A DNA stretch of 64,000 nt from an uncultured Gammaproteobacteria bacterium. Its GTDB lineage: Bacteria; Patescibacteriota; Patescibacteriia; SG8-24. Within the stretch, counting starts at the first letter, position 1. Each line of letters starts with the position of its first letter. Of the stretch, positions 19,538 through 28,446 are shown in pieces. Below the pieces are notes generated by a model, which worked only from the letters and a program-made list of their open reading frames with translations, was not told the origin of the DNA and searched no databases. Location of the stretch: assembly GCA_964491475.1 (NCBI GenBank), contig CAZBFO010000004.1:3290-67289 (forward strand), given 5' to 3'. The position numbers and the translations under genes are program-made.

Positions 19538-21982
19538 TCAGGATAGCACGGCGTTTTGCCTCGATAAAGCTGCCGATTTCCGGCTTAAAACGTACAGTAT
19601 CAGGCCGCAGAGCGCCGTGATGGCGTTTCCGACGATCCAAGCGAAACCGATGCCGGCGAGGCCAAAGCGGAGGAAGGCGTTGGCAAAACCGATGAGGGCG
19701 GCAGCATACACGACGTTGGTGATGACCAAAGCTTTCAGGTTCTTGCTGATGCGGAATAGCGCCGTATAGAAGGACACGATCGCCACGGGCACGCACGCCA
19801 AGGTGATGAGGTCCAAAAAGCGAATGCCGCCGGTGCCGTAGTTCTTGCCGAACATTCGCAGCAGCCACTCGCCGAAGAGCAGCAGGAAAGCCGCGGCGGC
19901 GGCCAAGGCAGGCGCCATGATTCCGATCGCCTTTCGGATATGCCGCTTCAGTTCGGTCTGATCGTGAGAACCCTCGGCGAACAGCGAACGAGTAGTGGCC
20001 CAAGCGACGGTATAGAGCATGTTGCCTATCATCATCACGACGTAAAAATAGGCGGAGCTTGCGGGACCGAGCCTGTTGGTGATCAGAATCGGCAAATACG
20101 TCACCGGAATCAGGTTGAATGCGCCGGCGAAATAATTGCCGGCGCAGTACTTTGCCACCAGTTTTATGACACGGCCGTCCAGCCGCAACTGCGGCCGGTA
20201 TCCCATGTGCCGAATCAGCGCAGCCATGCTCAACGTGAACCCGATGACCTGCGCGAGCGCTGCGGCCAGGTAGATGCCGGTGGCGCCAAGGCTGACGAAA
20301 AACAGCGGGAACATCATCTTGGCGAAGCTGAAGATGGTGTTGATTGCCAGGGTATATTCCGCCTTGCGGTAGGCGAGGAAAACCGAATCCGTGATGATGT
20401 TCAGCGCCATCAGGATGGCGAAGAGCACGAACGCCGCGCTGTACAACGGCGACTGGCGCACGAACGTCAGGCTCGGCGAAATCAGGTGTACGAGCGCGAT
20501 GAAACCGGACGCCAGCAGGAGGGCAGTGACGCTCACCACCAAAAAGCCGGTATTGAGCTTCTGGTTGCGAGTTTCGGACGTCGGAAGGAAGCGCACGAAG
20601 GCCATGTCGAAACCGGCCAGCGAGAGCGTGGCGATCAGGTTCATGATGGCGATCAGCGTTGTCGCCACGCCGATGTCCGCCGCGCCGTACAGGCGGGCAT
20701 TGATGAGCCAGAAGAAGAAACCGAAACCGGCCATCACGGCAGTCGCAAGCATGAGGCAGAGCGAATTCCGAAACAGCACGTCAGCGGAGAGCCTTTCGAG
20801 CAAGGACGGGACGATCCGGCGCAGCCCGCCCTTTCGCCGCACGCCCGTGGCCTCAATGCAGACGGCCTCGAGTTTTTTGGTAGCGGCAAGCCAGCTGCAG
20901 CTGCGTTCGACGTGACGCCGGGCGCGCTCCCCCATCTCCTTGCGCAGGGCGGAGTCAGCAAGAAGCGGAGCGATCGCCGCGGCCAGCGCCTCTGGAGACT
21001 CCGGCTGCGCGTAAGTGACGTTGTCGCCGAACTCCTCCCGCATTCCGCCGATGTCGGCAATGACGACTGCCTTTCCGCAAGCCAAATACTCGTAGACCTT
21101 GAAGGGAGATGTCGCCCCGGCGCGTATCCCGATCGGATAACAGATGCAGATGTCCGAGCTGCCGATGATTGCCGGCACTTCGGCATGAGCGACCGGCGGA
21201 TGCAGCCCGATGCGGTCGGCGAACGGCGAAGCGGCTACGAGCGATGCGATGCGCGGGCCCTCCGGGCCTTTGCCGGTGATGGAAAATCGGACGTCCGCGC
21301 GGCCGGCGCAGACGATTTCTGCGGCTTTCACGATATGCTCCACGCCTTGCCACGAAGCAAAGCTGCCGACATAGCCTACGACGATTTCTCCGTGGGTCGG
21401 TTTTGGCATCGGCTTGAAGACGTCAGTGTCGACGCCGCTCGAAACGAAGGTCACGCGATCGGCGGGAATGCCGTAGGTTGAGATGACGTGATCGCGAATG
21501 CCGGCGGTCACGCCGATCATTCTCTGGGAGTTTCTGAAATTGAAGAGTTCAAGCGCATGAAAGACGCGCAGAGCGGACAGCAACCGGTTGACCGCGCCTT
21601 TGTTGAAGCGGGCGTCATCGCCATACCTGCTGTTCACCTCCTGAACGATAGGCACGCCGAACGCCCTGGCCACGAGGGTCGGGACGAAAAGAAGGTGGCT
21701 GTGCCGAGAATAGATGAAATCTGGACGGCGAAGAACGATTTCGACGCCGAGCCTGACGAGCAATGACAGCTGATAAAACACCGCGAGCATCGCCCGTGGC
21801 GTACGAATGAGCACCGTGTCGATCGGTGCCAGGTACGGGCGCGTACCCGTCTTCGGCGCGAACAGGACCACTCGATGGCCGAGCAGCCTGAAATTACGGC
21901 ACACCTCCAGCACGTGCACGGCCGGAGCGAAGTCGTCATTGAAGTCGAAATCGGTGGTGTAGACGATGTTCATGCGACTCAT
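19538..21982 (-). CDS. fusion protein: GT4 glycosyltransferase + MOP-superfamily (Wzx-like) polysaccharide flippase
   Basis: N-terminal ~390 aa GT-B/GT4 (…GYVGSFASWQGVEH…, EYLACGKAVVIADIGGMRE); C-terminal ~420 aa with ~12 TM helices typical of polysaccharide biosynthesis/Wzx flippases. Confidence 0.75.
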   Translation of the reverse strand: MSRMNIVYTTDFDFNDDFAPAVHVLEVCRNFRLLGHRVVLFAPKTGTRPYLAPIDTVLIRTPRAMLAVFYQLSLLVRLGVEIVLRRPDFIYSRHSHLLFVPTLVARAFGVPIVQEVNSRYGDDARFNKGAVNRLLSALRVFHALELFNFRNSQRMIGVTAGIRDHVISTYGIPADRVTFVSSGVDTDVFKPMPKPTHGEIVVGYVGSFASWQGVEHIVKAAEIVCAGRADVRFSITGKGPEGPRIASLVAASPFADRIGLHPPVAHAEVPAIIGSSDICICYPIGIRAGATSPFKVYEYLACGKAVVIADIGGMREEFGDNVTYAQPESPEALAAAIAPLLADSALRKEMGERARRHVERSCSWLAATKKLEAVCIEATGVRRKGGLRRIVPSLLERLSADVLFRNSLCLMLATAVMAGFGFFFWLINARLYGAADIGVATTLIAIMNLIATLSLAGFDMAFVRFLPTSETRNQKLNTGFLVVSVTALLLASGFIALVHLISPSLTFVRQSPLYSAAFVLFAILMALNIITDSVFLAYRKAEYTLAINTIFSFAKMMFPLFFVSLGATGIYLAAALAQVIGFTLSMAALIRHMGYRPQLRLDGRVIKLVAKYCAGNYFAGAFNLIPVTYLPILITNRLGPASSAYFYVVMMIGNMLYTVAWATTRSLFAEGSHDQTELKRHIRKAIGIMAPALAAAAAFLLLFGEWLLRMFGKNYGTGGIRFLDLITLACVPVAIVSFYTALFRISKNLKALVITNVVYAAALIGFANAFLRFGLAGIGFAWIVGNAITALCGLILYVLSRKSAALSRQNAVLS

Positions 21983-24900
21983 CGGTAAACGCGGGAATCG
22001 CCGTTGTCGTAGAGACGGTCCTTTTGCTCGTCCAGGAAGTCGACCGGATAGCTGTAGAAAAAGGAGGAGTCGTTGTAGTCCGTGGCGCTGACGCGCTTGT
22101 GGATGTTGGCGTAGCCGAGGAAGACGTAGGCGTACTTGCGCACGAGGCCCGGATAAATGTCGAAGAGCACGTTCGTGCCAGCGATGCTGCTCACCTTGCT
22201 GGAAAGAAAGCGGTCGGATTGCACGCTCGCCTGGTACTCGAAGTGCGGGTCATTCGACTTTATTTCGGAAAGCCATTCCACGCCGAGCACTTCCCCGCGA
22301 TGAAGGTAATACTCATCGTAGTAGTCTCCGGAATTGTTCAGGTGCAGCTGCGGTCCGTAGGCTCCCAACGCCTGGGTAAACACGCCGGTCGACGAGTACA
22401 GGAAGACGACCGCCATGACGGCGCCGATGCCGATCCTGACGCGATCGCTTGCGCCCAACGGCCACGCCAGGCTGCCGAGCACGATGAAGATGCCCATGAA
22501 AACCAGGGACTGTTCGAAGGCCCGCATGATGCCGTATTCGACGGAAAGCACGGGGAGAAGCACCAAGGCCAAAATGAACAGCAGGCTGGCGATCGCCATG
22601 AGACCGTATTCGAGGTCGAGCTTGCGCCGCAGGAACCGCCGACCCAGCAGGCAGGCGCCCATGCCGACGAAAATGAGGATTTGCAGCAGCTTGGCGGTGC
22701 CCTGCCTGAAATCGTAGTTGAACGCGGCCACATCGACCCCCAGCGACTGCAACCATCGTCCGACGGGCGTCAGCTCGAGGACGACCGGCTTGGAGGCGGT
22801 CACTTCGTCCTTACGGTATTCGGCCGGCGCGAAAAACGTTCCCGGCAATTCCCTGCCGCGCGCCTTCTCGACCACCTTGTTCTGATATTCGGCGAGCAGC
22901 TCGGCCGGCGTTTGGCTCTTGTGCCACGAGAAGAGGCTGTAAAGCACCGTCCCCGATTGCGCGTCCTCACGGACATTGCTGCGCATGACGGCGACGGTCT
23001 TTACGACGACGCGGTACAGGCTGTTCGAAGACGTGTCGGTCAGCACGCTGCTCCAAAGAAAGCTGGCACCGCCCAAAATGATGACGACCGGAACCGTAAT
23101 CACGTAACCCCTCGGAACCGGCCCTGACGGCGTGAGGGCGACGCCCGCCCGCTTGAACCATCCCCACTTCGCCAAAAGACGGACGATGGGCCGGGTGAAA
23201 AGCAGGATGAGCATCAGCAAGATGACCGTGTACGTGGTTGAATAGTGCGACAGCACCAAACCAAATCCCAGCGACACGAACAGCCGTCTGCGCAGCTTGA
23301 GCGAAATGTCGGTGGCGAAGGCCAAGTACGTCATTATCGCCACGAACATGAAGGCGATCTCCTGGCGGTCCAGCATGGGCATGTCCCCGAAGAAGGTCGG
23401 AAACGCCATGAAATAGATCGCGTTCATGACCGCCAGCGTCGAAGACACGAATCGGCGCGTGGTAAGGTACAGGACGCTCGGAACGGTCGCGAAGAGGATT
23501 TGAAAGAAGACCTTGTACGCGTACGGGTCGGAAAACTTGAGCGTGCGCGCAAACATCACCGGCAGAATCGTGATGCTGATGCAGGCGTTGTAGGCGTCGT
23601 GAAAGTTCGCGATGGACCAGTAGCCGTTATGTTTCGTCAGCTGGAATACGCGGAATTCGCGCTGCACGTCGTGGCCGGTCGTAAACCAGCCGCGAAGCGA
23701 GGTCATGAAGAGCAGGGAGAGCCCCATGAAGAACAGGGCCGTCGCGACGGCGTCGGGATGAATGCGCTTTGCGCGCCACATCAGAAGGCCCGCGTACGCC
23801 CCGATGCCCACGAGCATCGCGTAGGTCAGCCACGAGCTGCCGCCGTTGTTGAGCAGGATGGCCCCGAAGGCGCTCATCGCCACGAATACCGACGGGAAAA
23901 ACGCCAAAACGACATCACCGGTTTTTCCCAGGAACGAGAAATCGAATGGCACGTATTCGACCTTCGCGCGCAGGATGCAGACGATGGCCAGGGCATAGAC
24001 CAGCAACGTGGTCTCAATCAATATGTACGGTCCGTACAGCGGTTGCGCGATGCCCAGCAACGGAAAGACGGTGTTGCCCAAAAGGCCCGCCAGCATGAGC
24101 TCAAGAACGCCGAAACCGATGACCAGGCTCAAGCTGCCCCACAACGGCATGCTCTTGAGGCGGATGGCCAAGACCGTCAAATAGCCCGGCACCAGAACCA
24201 GCGAAAGGAACCCGACGATGTTCAGCATCTGATAACTGTTGAACTGCAAAGCCGACAGCACCGTAAAAGCCGACCAGGCCAGCATGGCCGCGGCCAGGCC
24301 GCCGAATGCAGGAGCGCGGTCGAGGACGGCGGGACGCGCCTTGGCGGCAACGCCGTCATACGCTGCTTGAATCCGCCCGACGAAAACGTCGACGGTATGG
24401 AGTCTCGCCTTTGCCGCGCTGGCGCGCGACAAATCCGAAAGCAGGCGCTTCTTCTCCCAAAGCATCTCGATGACCTGGACGAACTGCTCGACATACGGCT
24501 CGTTGACCAGGATGCCCGTGTCGCCCAACAGGCCCGCAATGCCGCTGACGTTGGTGCCTACGACCGGCAACCCTCCGGCCATCGCCTCCAAGACGACCAG
24601 AGGCGTACCGCCTTCGCGATCGGAAGAAATCAGCAGCATGTCGTTCGATGCGTGATAGGCCTTCATCTCGGCGTCATTCTTGCTGCCGACGAACGTCACG
24701 TTGTGACGAGAGTGCTCGGCCACCAGCTTTTCGAGCGCCCGCCGCTCTTCACCGTCGCCCACGACCGTCAGATGCGCCGGTACTTTCAGTTGCGCAACGG
24801 CCTCGATCAGGCGTTCGACGCGTTTCTGGCGCGCCAGACGCCCGACGTACAAAAGGCGGAAGACGTCCTCGTGCGGCACGTAATCGCGCCGTACGAAAAA

Positions 24901-25461
24901 GTCCGCTTTGACGGCGTTAGGGATGATCGAGATGCGATCGGACCGCACGCCGTATTTTTTTTGCAGGACGGACGCCTGATCCTCTGCGCAGACGATGATC
25001 CGGCTGGCACCGCGGAACAGCGGCACCCACGCAAGTCGCTTGTAGAGGAGAAACAGCGTGCCGAACGGGCCAGAGGGACCGACATCGAGATGAAAGTGAA
25101 CCACGTACCGGAGATTCCTCACCCGAGCGGCAAGCATGACCAGCTCCGGCCAATAGGCCTGCGAAAGATGCAGATGCAAAATGCTGTCCTTCGGGAGCTT
25201 CATGAGCTCCCAAAAAAGTCCCGGAGCAAAAGGCGTGTGCGCGAATTCGAAGCTTGCCAGCCGCTTGACGGTCAGGTTCCCGACGGTATTGCTGCCGCGC
25301 CGATCGCCTTGCGAGGACGCCAAAACGAGGACGCGATGGCCCGCCGCGGCCATGGCCTCCGCGATCGTGCGCGCCACGCGCTCCAAGCCGCCGACGTACG
25401 GCGGATAGTGCGGGCTAAGATGTACCAAAAGCGGCTGCTTGCTCATATTCACGAAAGGCAA
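21979..25461 (-). CDS. fusion protein: GT4 glycosyltransferase + ~770-aa polytopic membrane domain of unknown function (GT-C-like/DUF2206-like candidate)
   Basis: N-terminal GT4 (…LLYVGRLARQKRVERL…, PLVVLEAMAGGLPVVGTNVSGIAG); then >15 predicted TM helices and a C-terminal ~120-aa soluble domain. Confidence 0.7.
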   Translation of the reverse strand: MPFVNMSKQPLLVHLSPHYPPYVGGLERVARTIAEAMAAAGHRVLVLASSQGDRRGSNTVGNLTVKRLASFEFAHTPFAPGLFWELMKLPKDSILHLHLSQAYWPELVMLAARVRNLRYVVHFHLDVGPSGPFGTLFLLYKRLAWVPLFRGASRIIVCAEDQASVLQKKYGVRSDRISIIPNAVKADFFVRRDYVPHEDVFRLLYVGRLARQKRVERLIEAVAQLKVPAHLTVVGDGEERRALEKLVAEHSRHNVTFVGSKNDAEMKAYHASNDMLLISSDREGGTPLVVLEAMAGGLPVVGTNVSGIAGLLGDTGILVNEPYVEQFVQVIEMLWEKKRLLSDLSRASAAKARLHTVDVFVGRIQAAYDGVAAKARPAVLDRAPAFGGLAAAMLAWSAFTVLSALQFNSYQMLNIVGFLSLVLVPGYLTVLAIRLKSMPLWGSLSLVIGFGVLELMLAGLLGNTVFPLLGIAQPLYGPYILIETTLLVYALAIVCILRAKVEYVPFDFSFLGKTGDVVLAFFPSVFVAMSAFGAILLNNGGSSWLTYAMLVGIGAYAGLLMWRAKRIHPDAVATALFFMGLSLLFMTSLRGWFTTGHDVQREFRVFQLTKHNGYWSIANFHDAYNACISITILPVMFARTLKFSDPYAYKVFFQILFATVPSVLYLTTRRFVSSTLAVMNAIYFMAFPTFFGDMPMLDRQEIAFMFVAIMTYLAFATDISLKLRRRLFVSLGFGLVLSHYSTTYTVILLMLILLFTRPIVRLLAKWGWFKRAGVALTPSGPVPRGYVITVPVVIILGGASFLWSSVLTDTSSNSLYRVVVKTVAVMRSNVREDAQSGTVLYSLFSWHKSQTPAELLAEYQNKVVEKARGRELPGTFFAPAEYRKDEVTASKPVVLELTPVGRWLQSLGVDVAAFNYDFRQGTAKLLQILIFVGMGACLLGRRFLRRKLDLEYGLMAIASLLFILALVLLPVLSVEYGIMRAFEQSLVFMGIFIVLGSLAWPLGASDRVRIGIGAVMAVVFLYSSTGVFTQALGAYGPQLHLNNSGDYYDEYYLHRGEVLGVEWLSEIKSNDPHFEYQASVQSDRFLSSKVSSIAGTNVLFDIYPGLVRKYAYVFLGYANIHKRVSATDYNDSSFFYSYPVDFLDEQKDRLYDNGDSRVYR

Positions 25462-27731
25462 TCGGAAATGAGCGCTCGGTACTGCGCCACCTGCGCGGCC
25501 ATGCCGTACTTGGTGCGGGCCTTGCGGACGCCGTTGGCGGCGAGATGCCGGGCAAAGGGCTCGTCGCTCAACACGCGGCGAATGGCGGCGGCAAGCGCGG
25601 ACTCGTCGCCGGGAGTCACCAGCAGGCCGTCTTCGCCGTCGGCGATGACCTGCGGGATGCCGCCGACGTTCGAACCGATGACCGGGCGGCCGCTGGCCAT
25701 GGCCTCGATGAGAACGATGCCGAACGCTTCGGCGCCCGTGAGCGACGGCAGCGTCAACGCGCTGCTGCGGCGGTACGCCCGCACCAGTTCGTCGCCGAGC
25801 ATCGGACCGGAAAAGATGACGTTCCGCTCGATGCCGAGATCCTTGGCCATGGCACGATAGCGCGGCACGGCGTCTCCGCCGCCGACCAATTCCAATTTGG
25901 CGTCGGGAATCGACCGCGCGACGAGCTTCATGGCGCGAAGCAGCGCCGCAATCCCCTTCCAGGAAGAGGTCTCCTCGATGCGGCCCACGAACAGCACCGT
26001 CTTGCTGCCGGACGGCAGCGGGGTAGCGGCGAAACGTTCATCATCCACGGAGGGAGGGATGTCGTGCACCTTGGCGCGGAACTCCGGAAAGGCGCTCTCG
26101 AAATATTTGGTCGAAATGGCGACGATCGCCCGCGCCTTCTTGAACAGCAGGCGCAGCACGTACTGTTCGTACGCCCAAATCACGGCATCGATCGGGTAGC
26201 GGCCCTTGCGCATGCTGCCGGCGTGATACGTCACCAAGACGGGCGTCTGGCCTGCGGCCATGGCAGCCACGTCGGCGATGAAGGGCACCGGGGAGTGCGC
26301 GTGAACGAGTTGCGGCTTGGCGAATCGGAAGAGCTTGCGCAGCCAGAAGTACCACATCGGATTGACCGGCGTGTTCGACACGCGGAAGGCCGTCGGCAGA
26401 CGGTGCACGGTCATGCCGTCGATGACGTCCTGGCGGTAACCGGCGCCGTCGTGATTGCTGGTAATCACGCTGACGTCGCAGTCGCCGGATCGCTGCAGCC
26501 GGCGGGAAAGCTCGTAGGAGTAATTCTCGAGGCCTCCGATCTTCGGGTAGAAGTACGGAACGACCACGGCAATGCGCGTTTTGCCCGGAACCCCTTCCGG
26601 AAGGGCGCCGCGCAAAAACGCCTCGTACGCCGCGGCGCGCGATTCCCACATGTAGGCGGCGCCGATCTTGGCGCGTCCGGCGGCTCCCATCGCGGCGGCC
26701 AGGGCGTCGTCCTTGAGCAACCGCGTTATCCGTGCGGCAAAGGCGGGCGCGTCTCCCGGAGCGCAGGTGAAACCGTTTACGCCGTCCTCCACCAGACCGC
26801 TGCCGATTTTGCCGCAGACCACGGGCAGCCCGCAGCTCATTGCCTCGAGCACCACCATCGAGAAGCTGTCGTTGTGCGTCGGCAGGCAGAACACGCGTGA
26901 CTCCTGATATGCGCGCACCAATGCGGCCCCTTCGGCCTTGCCGTAAAAACGCACGGCCCCCGCAAGACCGAGCAGGCGTATTCGCTCCTCATGTTCCGAA
27001 CGCATGTCGCCGTCTCCGACCACCAGCAGGCGTGCCGCAGGAATCTCGGCGGCCACCGGCACGAAGGCGTCGATCAGCGTTTGCAGGCCCTTGTGCTGTT
27101 CCGAACGTCCCAAGCCGCCCACGAACAGCACCGTCGGTTCGGGTTTCCGGCTGCCGGCCGCAGGAACGAAAACGGAACCGTCGACGGCGGGCGTGACGGT
27201 CGTGCTCTTGTACCTGTAGGCGCGCAAAAAGTCGTTGCGCACGGCATCCGACGAGCAGATAATGCGGTCGGCGCGGCGCAGCAGCAGGGGCAGGAGCACT
27301 TTTTCGTATGCCCAAATGACCGGATCGACCCAGCGGTTGCCCTTGCGCATGCTCAAGCCGTGATAGGTCACGACGACCGGCGTCTTGCCGGCGACGAGCG
27401 AGGCGATGTCACCGATGCCGGGGACGGGCATGTGCACGTTGATGACGGCAGGGCGAAGTTCCCGGATGATGCGCCTGATCTTGAACGGCCACAGGAACGC
27501 AAAAGGCATGTTCGACCATTTACAGGCGTAGGCCAGCTTATGCACGGTGATGCCGTCGACCGCGGCGATCTCGTCCTTGCCGAAACGGGCGCCGGATGTG
27601 ACAAAGGTGACCTTCCAACCATGCGTTGCCCGCAGCCGCTTGGCCATTGCCAGGGCATAACGCTCCAACCCTCCGCCGTTCGGCGGAAAGTAAGGCGTGA
27701 CGAACAGGATGTTCGTTTGTTCCTGGCGCAT
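25449..27731 (-). CDS. tandem double GT4 glycosyltransferase
   Basis: two complete GT-B/GT4 units (…VLFVGGLGRSEQHKGL…SMVVLEAMSCGLPVV… and …VLFVGRIEETSSWKGI…GIVLIEAMASGRPVIGSNVGGIP…). Confidence 0.8.
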   Translation of the reverse strand: MRQEQTNILFVTPYFPPNGGGLERYALAMAKRLRATHGWKVTFVTSGARFGKDEIAAVDGITVHKLAYACKWSNMPFAFLWPFKIRRIIRELRPAVINVHMPVPGIGDIASLVAGKTPVVVTYHGLSMRKGNRWVDPVIWAYEKVLLPLLLRRADRIICSSDAVRNDFLRAYRYKSTTVTPAVDGSVFVPAAGSRKPEPTVLFVGGLGRSEQHKGLQTLIDAFVPVAAEIPAARLLVVGDGDMRSEHEERIRLLGLAGAVRFYGKAEGAALVRAYQESRVFCLPTHNDSFSMVVLEAMSCGLPVVCGKIGSGLVEDGVNGFTCAPGDAPAFAARITRLLKDDALAAAMGAAGRAKIGAAYMWESRAAAYEAFLRGALPEGVPGKTRIAVVVPYFYPKIGGLENYSYELSRRLQRSGDCDVSVITSNHDGAGYRQDVIDGMTVHRLPTAFRVSNTPVNPMWYFWLRKLFRFAKPQLVHAHSPVPFIADVAAMAAGQTPVLVTYHAGSMRKGRYPIDAVIWAYEQYVLRLLFKKARAIVAISTKYFESAFPEFRAKVHDIPPSVDDERFAATPLPSGSKTVLFVGRIEETSSWKGIAALLRAMKLVARSIPDAKLELVGGGDAVPRYRAMAKDLGIERNVIFSGPMLGDELVRAYRRSSALTLPSLTGAEAFGIVLIEAMASGRPVIGSNVGGIPQVIADGEDGLLVTPGDESALAAAIRRVLSDEPFARHLAANGVRKARTKYGMAAQVAQYRALISDCLS

Positions 27732-27742
27732 ATCGTGAATGA

Positions 27743-28441
27743 TTACGGCAGCTCCGCGTTAATGACGCAGCGCACGTCCGAGGCGGCGGCAATGTGCGCG
27801 AAGACGCGTTCCAGCCTTCGCCAATCGCCGTTCTTTTCGATTTCCCAAGAATGGCCCCAGAGGTGGAACGCGGAACCTTCGGCACAGGCTTTGTCGAAAA
27901 GCGCATTGGCCAGTTTGTCCCAGTTGAGATAGCAGCGCAGGAACTTGCCGGGGCCGACGGCACGCAGGATGGCGAGAGCGTCGGACCAATGTCGGTAGGC
28001 GTGAACGGTCGTGGTCAGCGCGAAGCGGTTGGCATCGGCCGCAGGACCGAAGCGGCGCACGGTGCGTGCCAGGGTGAACCCCGCCTCTGCCGCCATGGCT
28101 TCGTGCCGAGCTGAAAAATCCCCGCAGGGATAGCAGAACGAGGTGACCGGCCTGCCGGTGACGCGTTCGAGGTATTCGCGCGACTCGCGCATTTCCTCCA
28201 GTGCCCGATCATCGGGAATACGCGAAATGCGCGGATGGGTCATAGTATGCGCGCCGATCTCGGCCTCCGCGGCCAACGCGCGAATCTGCTGGTCGGTCAG
28301 GCGGTCATCCGGAGCCACTTCCCTGCTCCGCGGAGCCACGTAGAACGTCCCCTTAAGGCCGTATTTCCGCAGCAAAGCAAGCACTTTCAGATCGAGCTTG
28401 TGCCCGTCATCCCAGCTTGTCGTCACTGCGGTTCGTTTCAT
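27743..28441 (-). CDS. polysaccharide deacetylase (NodB/CE4 family)
   Basis: TSWDDGH motif (Asp-Asp metal/catalytic pair), later His residues; 232 aa. Confidence 0.8.
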   Translation of the reverse strand: MKRTAVTTSWDDGHKLDLKVLALLRKYGLKGTFYVAPRSREVAPDDRLTDQQIRALAAEAEIGAHTMTHPRISRIPDDRALEEMRESREYLERVTGRPVTSFCYPCGDFSARHEAMAAEAGFTLARTVRRFGPAADANRFALTTTVHAYRHWSDALAILRAVGPGKFLRCYLNWDKLANALFDKACAEGSAFHLWGHSWEIEKNGDWRRLERVFAHIAAASDVRCVINAELP

Positions 28442-28446
28442 AGGTT

